Part shown: one piece after another, positions 16,567 through 26,637 of the stretch
Layout: the number at the start of each line of letters is the position of its first letter
Numbering within the stretch: the first letter of the stretch is position 1
Source of the DNA: an uncultured archaeon
Lineage (GTDB): Archaea > Asgardarchaeota > Thorarchaeia > Thorarchaeales > Thorarchaeaceae
DNA: 32,000 nucleotides
Assembly (NCBI GenBank): GCA_964648855.1
Contig: CAZYLT010000007.1
Location: 88,440-120,439 of the forward strand
Direction of reading: 5' to 3'
Notes under the pieces: model-generated
Told to the model about the DNA's origin: nothing
The model's database searches: none
The model's input: the letters and a program-made list of their open reading frames with translations, nothing else
Made by a program: the position numbers and the translations under genes

Positions 16567-17949
16567 TCAACTCTTCGGCTCTAGAGCATCAACCAAATCC
16601 TTCAAAGCATCGATATCCATTTCCCTGATTTGCTCTTCTGGTATATCTGCCAGCATTGCTGCTGGCATTAAAGATAAAATGGCTGCTTTCTCTCCACCAT
16701 ATTTCTCAACAAGCTCAGAATCCAAAGTCATTTCTTCTTTTGCGTCTGCAATCCCAAGAATATCCTTTGCCTTAGCAACGAGTTCAGTCGAGCCTTTAGC
16801 TCCCAAGCCATCGACCATTTCCTGTAATATTTCGGGGTCTGCAGCTGCAATCTTTTCAATAGTTTCAAATCCCGCTTCGATTAGGTTCGCTTCCAAGGCG
16901 GGTCCCACGCCTGAAATAACCTGCAAATTTCTTTTCCTTGTTTCTATCGTGTCGCGTGTTTCCTTTTGAGTAATTTCTTCTGGAATGGGCGCGCCGGATT
17001 CCGCTGATACGAGTGCTTCAAGTTCCTCCATTGAAAGGCCTTCTAGGGTGCCCTCTGGAAGCGAATCCTTTACTTCGTTTGGGATTTGATCTATAAGGTA
17101 GTCTCTTGTTGGGCCTTTTTTCTTTCTTCGGACTCTTTTTACTCTTCTAACTTTGACAGCTTTCTTCTTCTCTTTGGCTCTCTCATCTTCTGGAAATGAA
17201 GATACAAGAGAATCCACAAGTTCACGAGCACTCTTCGGATTTAGCCGAACTAAGTCCTCCTCTGGTAATGAACTTCTCATATGAGGAGGAAGCTCCAGCA
17301 ATATCTGTTCGACTGCTGGACTTAGTCCTGCGGGAAGTGTATCATCTCTCTCTTCAGTAACTTCAATCGGTGCTGGTTCCTTTATTAGAATCGGCTTTCC
17401 TTCTAATTTTTCTCGAATAATGGACTCGTCAATGGCGATATCGAAGTCCTCCTTACGCCATCGCAAGAATCTGTCTATTTGACTTGGACGCACCTCAATG
17501 CGCAGTAACAGATTTCTAACTTCTTCATCCGTCATTTCTGGAAAGTCATTTAGGATTGTATCTACTGTTTCTTCATCAACTCTGGCCCAGATGGGTCCAT
17601 TGACCAATTTAGAGAGGCCAGCCGCTGAATGCGATCGCACCCATGTGTTCTGGTCCTTCAGGGCACCCAACAATGCCGGAATAGACCTGGGTTGCTGAAA
17701 CCACGCTAGAGCCTGAGCAGCAGCAATGCGAACTTCTGCATCATCATCAGCTGACAAAATTTCTTCGACCTTAGGTACAATCTCCGGGTTCCCAAAATCG
17801 ATGGCAGCAAGTAAGGCTCTTTGTCTAACAACTTCTGAAGGATCAGAAAAAGCCTTGACAAGTTCTTTTTTGGTCCTGTTGTTCTCTCTGGCAAGTCTTC
17901 CGACTTCTTCCGTCTCGAACTCCAGTAGTAGCCTCCTCGTTTCAGACAA
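16567..17949 (-). CDS. HEAT-repeat protein with three helical LP-x-LPE repeats, a basic patch and a helix-hairpin-helix domain
   Basis: HEAT/PBS repeats (DPSEVVRQRA, DDDAEVRIAAAQAL, DQNTWVRSHSAAGL). HhH: LQVISGVGPALEANLIEAGFETIEKIAAAD...VDGLG. Confidence 0.82.
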   Translation of the reverse strand: MSETRRLLLEFETEEVGRLARENNRTKKELVKAFSDPSEVVRQRALLAAIDFGNPEIVPKVEEILSADDDAEVRIAAAQALAWFQQPRSIPALLGALKDQNTWVRSHSAAGLSKLVNGPIWARVDEETVDTILNDFPEMTDEEVRNLLLRIEVRPSQIDRFLRWRKEDFDIAIDESIIREKLEGKPILIKEPAPIEVTEERDDTLPAGLSPAVEQILLELPPHMRSSLPEEDLVRLNPKSARELVDSLVSSFPEDERAKEKKKAVKVRRVKRVRRKKKGPTRDYLIDQIPNEVKDSLPEGTLEGLSMEELEALVSAESGAPIPEEITQKETRDTIETRKRNLQVISGVGPALEANLIEAGFETIEKIAAADPEILQEMVDGLGAKGSTELVAKAKDILGIADAKEEMTLDSELVEKYGGEKAAILSLMPAAMLADIPEEQIREMDIDALKDLVDALEPKS

Positions 17950-18092
17950 GGGTCAATCTCTCCTGCTTATCAGGCAGACACACTCTGATATTCTTTACTC
18001 TAGTTACCCTTACAGACTGTGCGCACTCAAATTGAATCGGTTACTTAAATGAGTTGGCGCGACATATGCATCTTCCAACCGGATGAATTTTA

Positions 18093-18935
18093 TTGCATTT
18101 GAAAGCCCGAGAACAGGTGCTGAAGATGGTGGAAGATACTATAAGACGGTCACTAAGAGTTCTACTGTTCATAGCAATAATGTTCCTAATTGTCAGCCTT
18201 TCACCATTTGTTGTTCGGCCACTGCAAGGAACTGATCTGTATCCCATTGTTGGCTCTGTGGTTTTCTTTCTCACATTCTTCTTGCTCTACATAATCCCAC
18301 TATCCTTCGTAAAATGGGAAGGTGAAGATTCGCCTGGCTCTCTTGGTTTGAATATTGATGATGAAAAAATGCCCCTGCATTTGAGCGTCGGACTTGTATC
18401 TGGTGCTATAGCCGCGTTCTTCGTCGTATTTCAGGCAATAGCTTTCGGGGGCACACTTAGGCCGCTCTCTGAAATTGGCTCAGATCTTATCATGCAGCAA
18501 ATCATCATCACCGTTCCGACTGCTTTGCTAGAAGAACTCTGCTACCGCGGCTACCTCCTCAGCAGAATGGCCCAACTGGTAGGCAGAGGAATAGCCATTA
18601 TTGGGAGTTCAATAGTATTCTCTCTTCTTCACTTCAGCTGGTGGATTCCCCTAGGGTCTGTATCCTTGCTTTTGGTATTCCTATTTACTCTAAATATCGC
18701 CCTAGGAGGCGTAGTTCTAAGTGTGGGATATTTCCGCACTGGCAACAAACTTTGGTTACCTATTGGTTTCCACTTCTCATGGAATATGGTTGGATATATC
18801 ATGTTCCCGCAATTTCCGCTAGTGCCTGTTGACATGCCATATCTTTACCAGATAGAATGGGGCCTGACAACTATCCCTGGCTTTCTTATAGGATTGGTCA
18901 TGGTGCTTTTGCTAACAAGGAGCTCCGTAGAATGA
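18093..18935 (+). CDS. CPBP family (CAAX/Abi-like) intramembrane glutamic endopeptidase
   Basis: EELCYRG, FSLLH, and HFSWN motifs within a multi-TM protein. Confidence 0.9.
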   Translation: MHLKAREQVLKMVEDTIRRSLRVLLFIAIMFLIVSLSPFVVRPLQGTDLYPIVGSVVFFLTFFLLYIIPLSFVKWEGEDSPGSLGLNIDDEKMPLHLSVGLVSGAIAAFFVVFQAIAFGGTLRPLSEIGSDLIMQQIIITVPTALLEELCYRGYLLSRMAQLVGRGIAIIGSSIVFSLLHFSWWIPLGSVSLLLVFLFTLNIALGGVVLSVGYFRTGNKLWLPIGFHFSWNMVGYIMFPQFPLVPVDMPYLYQIEWGLTTIPGFLIGLVMVLLLTRSSVE

Positions 18936-19170
18936 TTCACATCGACATATTGGATCGACTCTTGTCCTTACCTTGAAATGTCAGAACATGAAGACCAAGT
19001 GATGCTTCAATGGCTATTTCAGTCTTCTCTACTCCAACCCCGCGGACTTTTCTACAGTGCCCCTGAAAACTTACAATCTTGTGGTCTATAATATGGAGGG
19101 GCGAAACTCCTATTCCCACATCTATGTATATCAAACGTATATGAACTTTCGTCCTAAAGTGGTCGGATAA

Positions 19171-19998
19171 TCACTCATTTGATTGAATCTGTGCTCTCTC
19201 AGAATCGATTCTTTTCTTATCTCTACTAATCAGTTCTTCAGAGTGAATTGGATTCAAACTAGTAATTGGAATACCAAGATTGGATTGGGATAAGATCTCC
19301 GCCAGGGGTGTTAGAATTATGGTCAGGATGACAGATGCAATAAGCCGCTCTAATGGATAAAGAAGTATTGCGAACTCGAAGAAACCTGCAAAAGCAGTTG
19401 GCTCGTTGCCCAGCAGAATTACAAAATAGTATGGCGCGATTGCTGAGCCCACTGCATGGTCTGTTGTAACTGATACAATGCTGAGCAACCAAACCGAAGC
19501 TACAAAGATGCTCTTTTGTCCTTTCTCAGGGTCCAGTGACTCGTGAAGAGTCTTAGCGACTTGAGGCATGACGAATAAGAGTGAAAGCAGAAACCCAGCG
19601 GCATGAAACCACATATACTCTGGAACAAGCATGCCAATTGGGCTTACAAGATAGGTTGCCATCGATAAGAGATATACAATGGGAACTATGTGCGGTTTCT
19701 TGGACCTAATCGTGCCTGCAGCAAATGCACCCGCTGCAGTAGCCAATATGGTGAATGGCCCCAAGACAGCAATTTCAGCATGCAGGAACATAGCAATAAC
19801 TGAACCTATTATTATTGCAGCAGTTCCGAAAAAAGGCCCTAACAGGAATCCAACCAGAGGTGCAGAAACCATGCCAAAGGATATCTCTCCTCCACCGAAC
19901 GCTATGTTGTATGGGATTAGAGTAGTTACAAGATGCAGGGCTGCAAAGACACCTACGAGCGCCCATGGATATGCTTTGGAATGTGGGAAATTTGACAA
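19171..19998 (-). CDS. Membrane protein, ECF transporter S-component-like
   Basis: Multi-TM protein with APLVGFLLGPFFGTAAIIIG and YPLERLIA patterns. Confidence 0.65.
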   Translation of the reverse strand: MSNFPHSKAYPWALVGVFAALHLVTTLIPYNIAFGGGEISFGMVSAPLVGFLLGPFFGTAAIIIGSVIAMFLHAEIAVLGPFTILATAAGAFAAGTIRSKKPHIVPIVYLLSMATYLVSPIGMLVPEYMWFHAAGFLLSLLFVMPQVAKTLHESLDPEKGQKSIFVASVWLLSIVSVTTDHAVGSAIAPYYFVILLGNEPTAFAGFFEFAILLYPLERLIASVILTIILTPLAEILSQSNLGIPITSLNPIHSEELISRDKKRIDSERAQIQSNE

Positions 19999-20223
19999 AC
20001 AATGTCCTCCAAATCTTCATGGTCTTGCAGATTGTATTCCATGATTGGTTTTACAATGCAAGACCTACTGAGGCAGCTATTTTAGTATGCCGAACTGAAA
20101 GAAGATAAAATCCAAACTCCTAGCTCAGATATGGTGCCTATTTCAAGCGATGATTGCGAGTACATTATATGGATGACGCAACTAAAGGACTTGCGCGTCA
20201 AATAGTAAATCTAAGGTTTGGTG

Positions 20224-21165
20224 TTAGTTGCTTGAAGATGCGACAAGCCAGAAAAATAGACCGCCTAGTATCCATACAAAAAGGCCTGCTCCAAGAACGA
20301 CGCCCATTGTGGCTCCCATTCCTGATGAACCAAGATTAACATGGGCATTAGTGAATCTTTTGAAACCGCCAATGTACTTGGTTTCATACTGACAGTGGAA
20401 TTCTTTGTCTGTTATAGCTCCACAAATCTCGCAGACATATCTATTCTGGAAAACAGCTCCAAAAAGGCTGTCGAGATTACAACCAATAAATGCCGTCAAT
20501 ACTGCGAGTGGTAATATCATCAATAGTTGTGTTGCGTTATATACAGGAATCCATGCTGGAGCAAAAAGCGCAAAAAACAAACAGATTATTCCCATAAGAA
20601 AACCAGCGGCCAAGGCCGCGCCTTCCCCAAGCAAAGAAACGGCACCAATTGTGCCTCTAGGGACTTTTCTTCTTAGACTCGTTATCAGCCTAGGCTTGCT
20701 CGTGCTAAAAACACCAATCTCGCTTGCCAATGTATCAGCTGCAGTCGTGGCAACCGCGCCAACGTAGCCCCCAAACATTGCAAAAGGATAGAATGGATCG
20801 CTCGTGAGAATGGATGTTAAGTATATGCCAACTGAGAAGAACATCGGGATGATTCCGCTGCCAAAGACATTTCTCCATGACCTTCTGCCCTTCCCTTCTT
20901 GAGCCAAATTCTTCTTAGCTTTTGCCTTGTACTTGTATTTCGTAGCAATACCCGCGCTGACAAAGAAGAAGAGCAACAGAGTAAATGCTGCCACACCTCC
21001 GGTGTACCATACTGTGAAGCCAACAACAAACGCACTAATCAGTCCTGAAACGTCAACAAATCTAAGCTTGTATGTTAAAGCTCCTATGATAGCCATTACA
21101 ATTAGGCCTGATACTACGGGGTGGGAGAGCATATCAATCATCTCTTGTTCGTCCTTTACAGTCAT
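20224..21165 (-). CDS. DUF92/TMEM19 family membrane protein
   Basis: DVSGLISAF, RSWRNVFG, ADTLASEIG, PRLIT..RKVPRGTIGAVSLLG, LDSLFGAVFQ, NAHVN. Confidence 0.9.
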   Translation of the reverse strand: MTVKDEQEMIDMLSHPVVSGLIVMAIIGALTYKLRFVDVSGLISAFVVGFTVWYTGGVAAFTLLLFFFVSAGIATKYKYKAKAKKNLAQEGKGRRSWRNVFGSGIIPMFFSVGIYLTSILTSDPFYPFAMFGGYVGAVATTAADTLASEIGVFSTSKPRLITSLRRKVPRGTIGAVSLLGEGAALAAGFLMGIICLFFALFAPAWIPVYNATQLLMILPLAVLTAFIGCNLDSLFGAVFQNRYVCEICGAITDKEFHCQYETKYIGGFKRFTNAHVNLGSSGMGATMGVVLGAGLFVWILGGLFFWLVASSSN

Positions 21166-21410
21166 CTCTATAATATGTTATCGCTGCTTTTCTCCTAAAT
21201 GTTATATGAGCATATATCATCTAATAGTGATTTTGCTCTTGCTAGCTTAGAAATCGTCTTCTACATCCTATTATACCTTTGCACTTGCCTATATATATTG
21301 GCGAATACTGATTCGACAGATTTGATAGTCAGACTTACTACATCCAGCTCATTTTCCAGAATAAGGGGAATACACTCCACGAACCATTCCTTATGTGGAC
21401 TCATTTTCCG

Positions 21411-24400
21411 CTAATAAACTGTGAAATGTTTGTCTTTTTGATTTACACCCCTGTATGGGATAGGCACTCCATTTTCAAGGATTTCGGATTCGAGATAAAA
21501 TGGTGTTACTGCATCCACATTTGGTGTCTTCCATAGAATAGTTACTCTGAATTCTCCACGATCTCCCATGACTATTGGTGCTTCGAATATATGTACTACC
21601 TTGCCCTTTGAAAGCATCTTGAGACGTATACTAAATATGTCTTCTACATTCGATTTCGATGTGCCTGTTATTTCGATGCTAATATCCTGATTTCTTGCAA
21701 TTAGTCCTGGGATGTCCTTGTCAGACTGGTCAAGTAACCGATAGTTCAGGCTAAAAAACTCGATATCTAGCGGTTTGACTTTGATATTTCTATCTTCTGT
21801 TACAATAGTGTCGTCGAAACTCACCAACGATAAAATCTTAGCAGTACCCATACCGCCAAAGATTGGAATTCTAAAGGGGATTGGATAGACCTTCTTCTCT
21901 TTGGAGTCTATTCTCAGACTGCGTGATAGAATGTCCGCTTCTTGGTCTTTGACATTCAGCAAAACACGAACTTCCCCAACTATGTCCTCCTCTGATCTGT
22001 TCTCGATATGAACCGCTCCATTTATCATAGAACCCGGTTCTGCGAATCTAGATATACCACTGTATTCAATTCTCAATGCGCTAGAAACTGATTCAGCGAG
22101 CCGGATATTGACAACTCTTTCATCAGCCGGTATTCCTGCGTAGACTAACTTCGCTCGCAAATTCAACTCACTGAAATCTTTTAGGCTGCGGGGATGGGGC
22201 AGACTGATTGGTCCGAAAGAGACAGAAAGATTCCTCCTCTGGGTTAAAGGCTGTCGCAAGACGACTTGCTCATGCTCTCCAGGATACTCAACGCCAAGAA
22301 CGAGAATGGCTGATTCGCCCTCTACTGTATTCCTCGTAACTCTCAGCCACCCTGACAGCTTCTCCCCTCTTTGGATTTGTTTTGGTACTCTGATAGAATC
22401 TATACTCATGCTTACTTCTGAAGCCGAGATTCTTGTTCTAGGAGTCTCGATGCGAGCTGTTTCTTTTCCATTTTCCTCTAGAATCGCCACGATTCGTGCC
22501 ATTGATTCCCATGCATCGATCTCACTCGGTGCAAATCTCCATTCGAAGCCCACCAGTCCTGAAAGGATTTCATTTCTATTGAGAACTGCAATATGTTCAA
22601 CTTGTCCAGGATCTTCATGAAACCCCAGTGTAATATTGGCATCCGAACTGAGTGAACTACCCTTCAGATTCAGACCGACTTCTCCTCTTATGAGATCTCC
22701 ATGATGAAGGTGACGCCCCAAGTCCGTTCTCAAAATGATTTCAGGCCCTCTATGAACAAATCCGAGATAGAATGGCCTTGACCTGCTCTGCGCTAGAATC
22801 TGGTCATCAGCATTTCGGACTGATAGTCCCAATATACATCTTTGTACTTCTGACCCCGCATCTGGCTCAATTGTAATCTCAGGGAAGTTGTCTTGGTTGA
22901 ATATAATTGCCGTATCATCCTCCAAAGATAGTTGCGCTTGAACTGATGCCAAAACAGTACCAGTTTCTGGCATGACTGCAGAAACCGTACCAACAATATC
23001 TTGGATATCGGGTTTGTTGGTTTCTATTTCGCCCGAGAATCGAAGTGGTGTTCTACCATCTGCAAACTGTGTTGTAGCACTGGTATCTATTTTTGTCTTG
23101 ATCCAGAGTGTCTGTATGGTCTTTGTTGCTTTGATTTCTCTGCCCGCTACCGAAATCATTACAATGATGTTGTATGCAGAAACTCCCTGTTCGGTTTCGA
23201 ATCTCGTTGTGTATCTGTACACCGCTCCAGGCTCCAATTCAGCCAGAAACAGAGCCTCTTCCTTGATCATTTCCCTACTGGCATTTTCAATACGGTACCG
23301 CACCGGAATATTCGCTAGCTCCTTGTCAATTGTGTTTGACACATCTATATCGAAGCCTGTTTCTTCTCCAGCGAAAACTGAGTCTTGGTGGGTGTCAATT
23401 CTAATCTCAATACCTGTCCACCACTTCATCCATTTTGGGATATTCGCCCTACCAGTCAGGGGGTCATATACCCAATTCGTACAACACTCTCGAGTTATAT
23501 CTGCTAGTCTTCTGAGCAGCGTTAACATGTTCTTATCGCTCTTAGCGAAAACTTGTAGCTGATAGTCCGCAGATGTGGTTCTCTCTTCTATTGTGTCCGT
23601 GCCAAAAACAGAGGATAAGATGGGCTGCATGAATGGGTCATCAAATGCATTCAATTCTTCAAGTTCATTCCGGATGAGGAATAGCATGGAAACTACTGCG
23701 TCACCAAGAAACCTGTTCTTGGTCTTCTCCTGAACATATCCTTGATTATCGATTTGATGGTTGTAAATTAGTGCGAACTCGGAGGACTTGTCACCTTCTA
23801 TAGCAGTGAAAGGTCCCCAAAGGCCGGCATCGATTGCTGAATCCCTATTGGCTGCAATTGTAGATGCCCCAACATCAGGAATCTTCTCTCCGCAATCAAG
23901 CATTTTCTTGGCCTTTGTAGCCAGGGCCTGTAGAATCAGCGCGATTCCGATTCTCCGCGGAACTGATAATTGGGTATCGAAAATTCTGACCTCTACCGTT
24001 TCATACTCGGTGAAGGGAAAAAGGTCAACCATCCGAGGCGGACTTCTCTTTACATGTTCCGCAAATGATTCAATATCATACTCTTCTTGATATGGGACTA
24101 GTTCAAATTTGTTAGAAGGCCCCATCTGTGTCGTATTCTTGAAGAGGCGAATCGACCTTTTGCAGCGTGGTGCTCTAGTTCTACCCTTTGAATCAATATA
24201 TACTTCGTCAGTTGTCTTTTTATTTTCAAAGGGGGAATTGACCGAGAGGGCAATCAAATGCGGCATGAAATTTCTAATCATGTTATATACTGCAAGCCGA
24301 ATCTTCGGGTCGACATTTGGCCCCAGTATATGATGATGTTCACCAAATGAAAGATTCTTGAGATACTCCTGGGTTGGATTCAGACCAGTAGATATTAGAA

Positions 24401-24839
24401 TTGCATTAGAATCGGTAGGAATTGCCTCATATGATATGGCAATCAATGTTTGAACCCACCATGCAAGCTCATGCAGTGTTGTGCAAGGTGGAGTGGCAAC
24501 TTCCAAAATCCAGGTCAAACTGGTTATGTTAGGATCATGCCCTATGAGCGTATATTCTTCTGGCTCGCCTGAAGGGCTCCTGTATACTGCAACTATGCGA
24601 GAACCTCTATCTCCTTCTTCAGTTTGCTTGGAATGACTGTATTTCTCAATGACTGTGTTTATCTCTGAACTGCGTATCCGTTTTTCTAGCAAACCCATTG
24701 CAGTTGAAATTATTCTATCAAAGACATCAAGAACCTCGTCACCTCTGAGCCATGTACCGTCTTTGTGAATTACCTGCAATTCAATTTCAATACCATGTGC
24801 AAAGGGGAGAGCCTGTTCTTTCTCCTTCTCAGTCAGCAT
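21411..24839 (-). CDS. Glutamate-cysteine ligase family 2 (GCS2/YbdK-like) carboxylate-amine ligase fused to multiple Ig-like beta-sandwich domains
   Basis: HGIEIELQ, LEVATPPC, STGLNP, FGEHHHI, LIALSVNSPF, TVEVRIFDTQ in the first ~470 aa; the remaining ~660 aa are repetitive and beta-rich. Confidence 0.82.
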   Translation of the reverse strand: MLTEKEKEQALPFAHGIEIELQVIHKDGTWLRGDEVLDVFDRIISTAMGLLEKRIRSSEINTVIEKYSHSKQTEEGDRGSRIVAVYRSPSGEPEEYTLIGHDPNITSLTWILEVATPPCTTLHELAWWVQTLIAISYEAIPTDSNAILISTGLNPTQEYLKNLSFGEHHHILGPNVDPKIRLAVYNMIRNFMPHLIALSVNSPFENKKTTDEVYIDSKGRTRAPRCKRSIRLFKNTTQMGPSNKFELVPYQEEYDIESFAEHVKRSPPRMVDLFPFTEYETVEVRIFDTQLSVPRRIGIALILQALATKAKKMLDCGEKIPDVGASTIAANRDSAIDAGLWGPFTAIEGDKSSEFALIYNHQIDNQGYVQEKTKNRFLGDAVVSMLFLIRNELEELNAFDDPFMQPILSSVFGTDTIEERTTSADYQLQVFAKSDKNMLTLLRRLADITRECCTNWVYDPLTGRANIPKWMKWWTGIEIRIDTHQDSVFAGEETGFDIDVSNTIDKELANIPVRYRIENASREMIKEEALFLAELEPGAVYRYTTRFETEQGVSAYNIIVMISVAGREIKATKTIQTLWIKTKIDTSATTQFADGRTPLRFSGEIETNKPDIQDIVGTVSAVMPETGTVLASVQAQLSLEDDTAIIFNQDNFPEITIEPDAGSEVQRCILGLSVRNADDQILAQSRSRPFYLGFVHRGPEIILRTDLGRHLHHGDLIRGEVGLNLKGSSLSSDANITLGFHEDPGQVEHIAVLNRNEILSGLVGFEWRFAPSEIDAWESMARIVAILEENGKETARIETPRTRISASEVSMSIDSIRVPKQIQRGEKLSGWLRVTRNTVEGESAILVLGVEYPGEHEQVVLRQPLTQRRNLSVSFGPISLPHPRSLKDFSELNLRAKLVYAGIPADERVVNIRLAESVSSALRIEYSGISRFAEPGSMINGAVHIENRSEEDIVGEVRVLLNVKDQEADILSRSLRIDSKEKKVYPIPFRIPIFGGMGTAKILSLVSFDDTIVTEDRNIKVKPLDIEFFSLNYRLLDQSDKDIPGLIARNQDISIEITGTSKSNVEDIFSIRLKMLSKGKVVHIFEAPIVMGDRGEFRVTILWKTPNVDAVTPFYLESEILENGVPIPYRGVNQKDKHFTVY

Positions 24840-25030
24840 AGTATTTCTTCAACTCCACTCTAGGCATATTCCGTATTGAATTGCTCTCGTATGAAACTCC
24901 AGCAGCAAATATCCATGGCAAGACATACAGCAGACGTTTTTCCTGTAGTTTGTCTGTCAGTCCTAGTACTACAACTGCGCCTATTTGGGGTTCCAGTTAT
25001 TACCTTTATTAGTCAGAATATCAAAGAGTG

Positions 25031-25468
25031 CTATTTCTCAGCAACGAGTCTGAATACCTTCTCAATCTTTTCGCTGAGTTCTCTGAGGCGATACCATACC
25101 GTTTCTTTCCCCTCGCGCTTACTTAGTCTGTCAAAGATGATCTGGTACTCAAATTGTGCTATGTCTTGGAGAATTTTCATGGCTTCTTCATCCTTGAAAT
25201 GGGATGCATTAACTCTGCCATCTTCGTATCGTTTACTGAGCGGCCTAAGCGACTTCTCTACTTTATCAACTTCAATCAACGCGGATCTATAGTTATCCTT
25301 GGGATCGCTCATAGCAAATCCACCAACGAGGGGCGTCATGCCTGTGCCAATGGAACCCCTCCCAATTTCATCCAAAGTATCCATTGCCTCCTGACAATGG
25401 TCATAGGCATCCGACAGACATTTCTTGATTGCTCGTAGGACTCTCGGTCTATCGGATTGACTACTCAA
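25031..25468 (-). CDS. Hypothetical alpha-helical protein
   Basis: 145-aa ORF with GGAGGAAGG SD, co-oriented with oppDF. Confidence 0.75.
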   Translation of the reverse strand: MSSQSDRPRVLRAIKKCLSDAYDHCQEAMDTLDEIGRGSIGTGMTPLVGGFAMSDPKDNYRSALIEVDKVEKSLRPLSKRYEDGRVNASHFKDEEAMKILQDIAQFEYQIIFDRLSKREGKETVWYRLRELSEKIEKVFRLVAEK

Positions 25469-25554
25469 ATTTCCTTCCTCCGTATTGTGAAATAGATTAA
25501 GCTAGAGAAAATAGTTGGATGACGGGCGATTTTGCCTTCGCCCGTGACATTATC

Positions 25555-26637
25555 CTACATTGGTGGTGCTTCGCCAAGCTCGCCTGCAAAGTGACACGCA
25601 ACATAATGACCATTACCCATGTCCCTGTCTTCAGGAATCTCACGTACACATATCTCCTGAGCATAGGGGCATCTTGGATGGAAGCGGCATCCGGATGGCA
25701 CATTTATTGGGCTTGGTGGTTCGCCTTTCAGTGACTCAACACGGCGTTTGACTGTGGGGTCTCCCGATGGCACTGCAGAAATAAGTGCTCTAGTGTATGG
25801 GTGCTCGGGACTGAACGCCACATCGTGAGCGGGACCAATCTCCATGATTTTACCCAAGTACATGATTGCAATCCTATCAGCAATGTATGTGGCGACAGCC
25901 AAGTCGTGGGTAATGAAGAGATATGTTAGGCCTAAGTCCTTTCTCAACTGAAGTAGAAGATTAAGAATCTCTGCTCTAATTGAAACGTCAAGCATTGAAA
26001 CTGGCTCGTCTGCAACCATGAATTCCGGATGCAGAATCAAAGCTCTTGCAACCGATATTCTTTGTCTTTGCCCGCCCGATAATTCGTGCGGATATCTGTC
26101 AATATAATCTTCTGCTGGAGTTAATGCAACACTTTCTAGCGCTTCGAGCACTCTCTCTCTTCTCTGGCTTGGGGTGAGCGGAATTTTGTGTACTGTCAGT
26201 GGCTCTTCAACAATACCTGAGATGCTCTGCTTAGGATTCAAAGACTCGTAAGGATCCTGGAAAGTAATTTGCATTCTCTTACGAAGCTCTTTCATCTCGT
26301 TTCTATCAAGTGTGGACATATCTTGCCCGGCATACATCACGGCACCATCAGTGGGTTCTTCCAGATGAAGTATACATCTGCCAGCAGTCGTCTTTCCACA
26401 TCCAGACTCTCCTGCTAGAACAAGTACCTCTCCCTTGAGAATGTCGAAGGTCACACCATCAACTGCCTTGACAAAGAGTTCCTGCTTATAGAGAAGCGAA
26501 GATAGAAAGCCCGTATTTACAGGGAACCATTTCTTCATGTCGCGAACCGCAATCAAGGGTTCTCCTTCCCGTACATCGCTTTCTGCTGTGAGGGTTTTAA
26601 TTTCATCAACTGTCATTTTTTCAGCCTCCTCAATCAA
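25555..26637 (-). CDS. oppF: Oligopeptide/dipeptide ABC transporter ATP-binding subunit
   Basis: [47 protein letters not shown]. Confidence 0.93.
   Translation of the reverse strand: MIEEAEKMTVDEIKTLTAESDVREGEPLIAVRDMKKWFPVNTGFLSSLLYKQELFVKAVDGVTFDILKGEVLVLAGESGCGKTTAGRCILHLEEPTDGAVMYAGQDMSTLDRNEMKELRKRMQITFQDPYESLNPKQSISGIVEEPLTVHKIPLTPSQRRERVLEALESVALTPAEDYIDRYPHELSGGQRQRISVARALILHPEFMVADEPVSMLDVSIRAEILNLLLQLRKDLGLTYLFITHDLAVATYIADRIAIMYLGKIMEIGPAHDVAFSPEHPYTRALISAVPSGDPTVKRRVESLKGEPPSPINVPSGCRFHPRCPYAQEICVREIPEDRDMGNGHYVACHFAGELGEAPPM

Noticed and set aside
18093-18935. Anti-phage Abi role for the CPBP protease
   Set aside because: CPBP proteases are widespread housekeeping membrane proteases, and there is no defence-island context here.
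18937-19134. 65-aa minus-strand ORF in the gap between convergent genes
   Set aside because: Short, with no recognisable motif or clear SD. It could be a gene remnant but cannot be supported.
20119-20200. TAGCTCAG resembling the start of a tRNA D-arm
   Set aside because: No GTTC(G/A)A T-loop at the proper distance and no acceptor-stem pairing, so no cloverleaf.
24876-25292. 138-aa + strand ORF and similar antisense ORFs (e.g. 261..755, 1506..1982, 22972..23562)
   Set aside because: Ser/Ile/Phe-rich shadow frames opposite well-supported genes.
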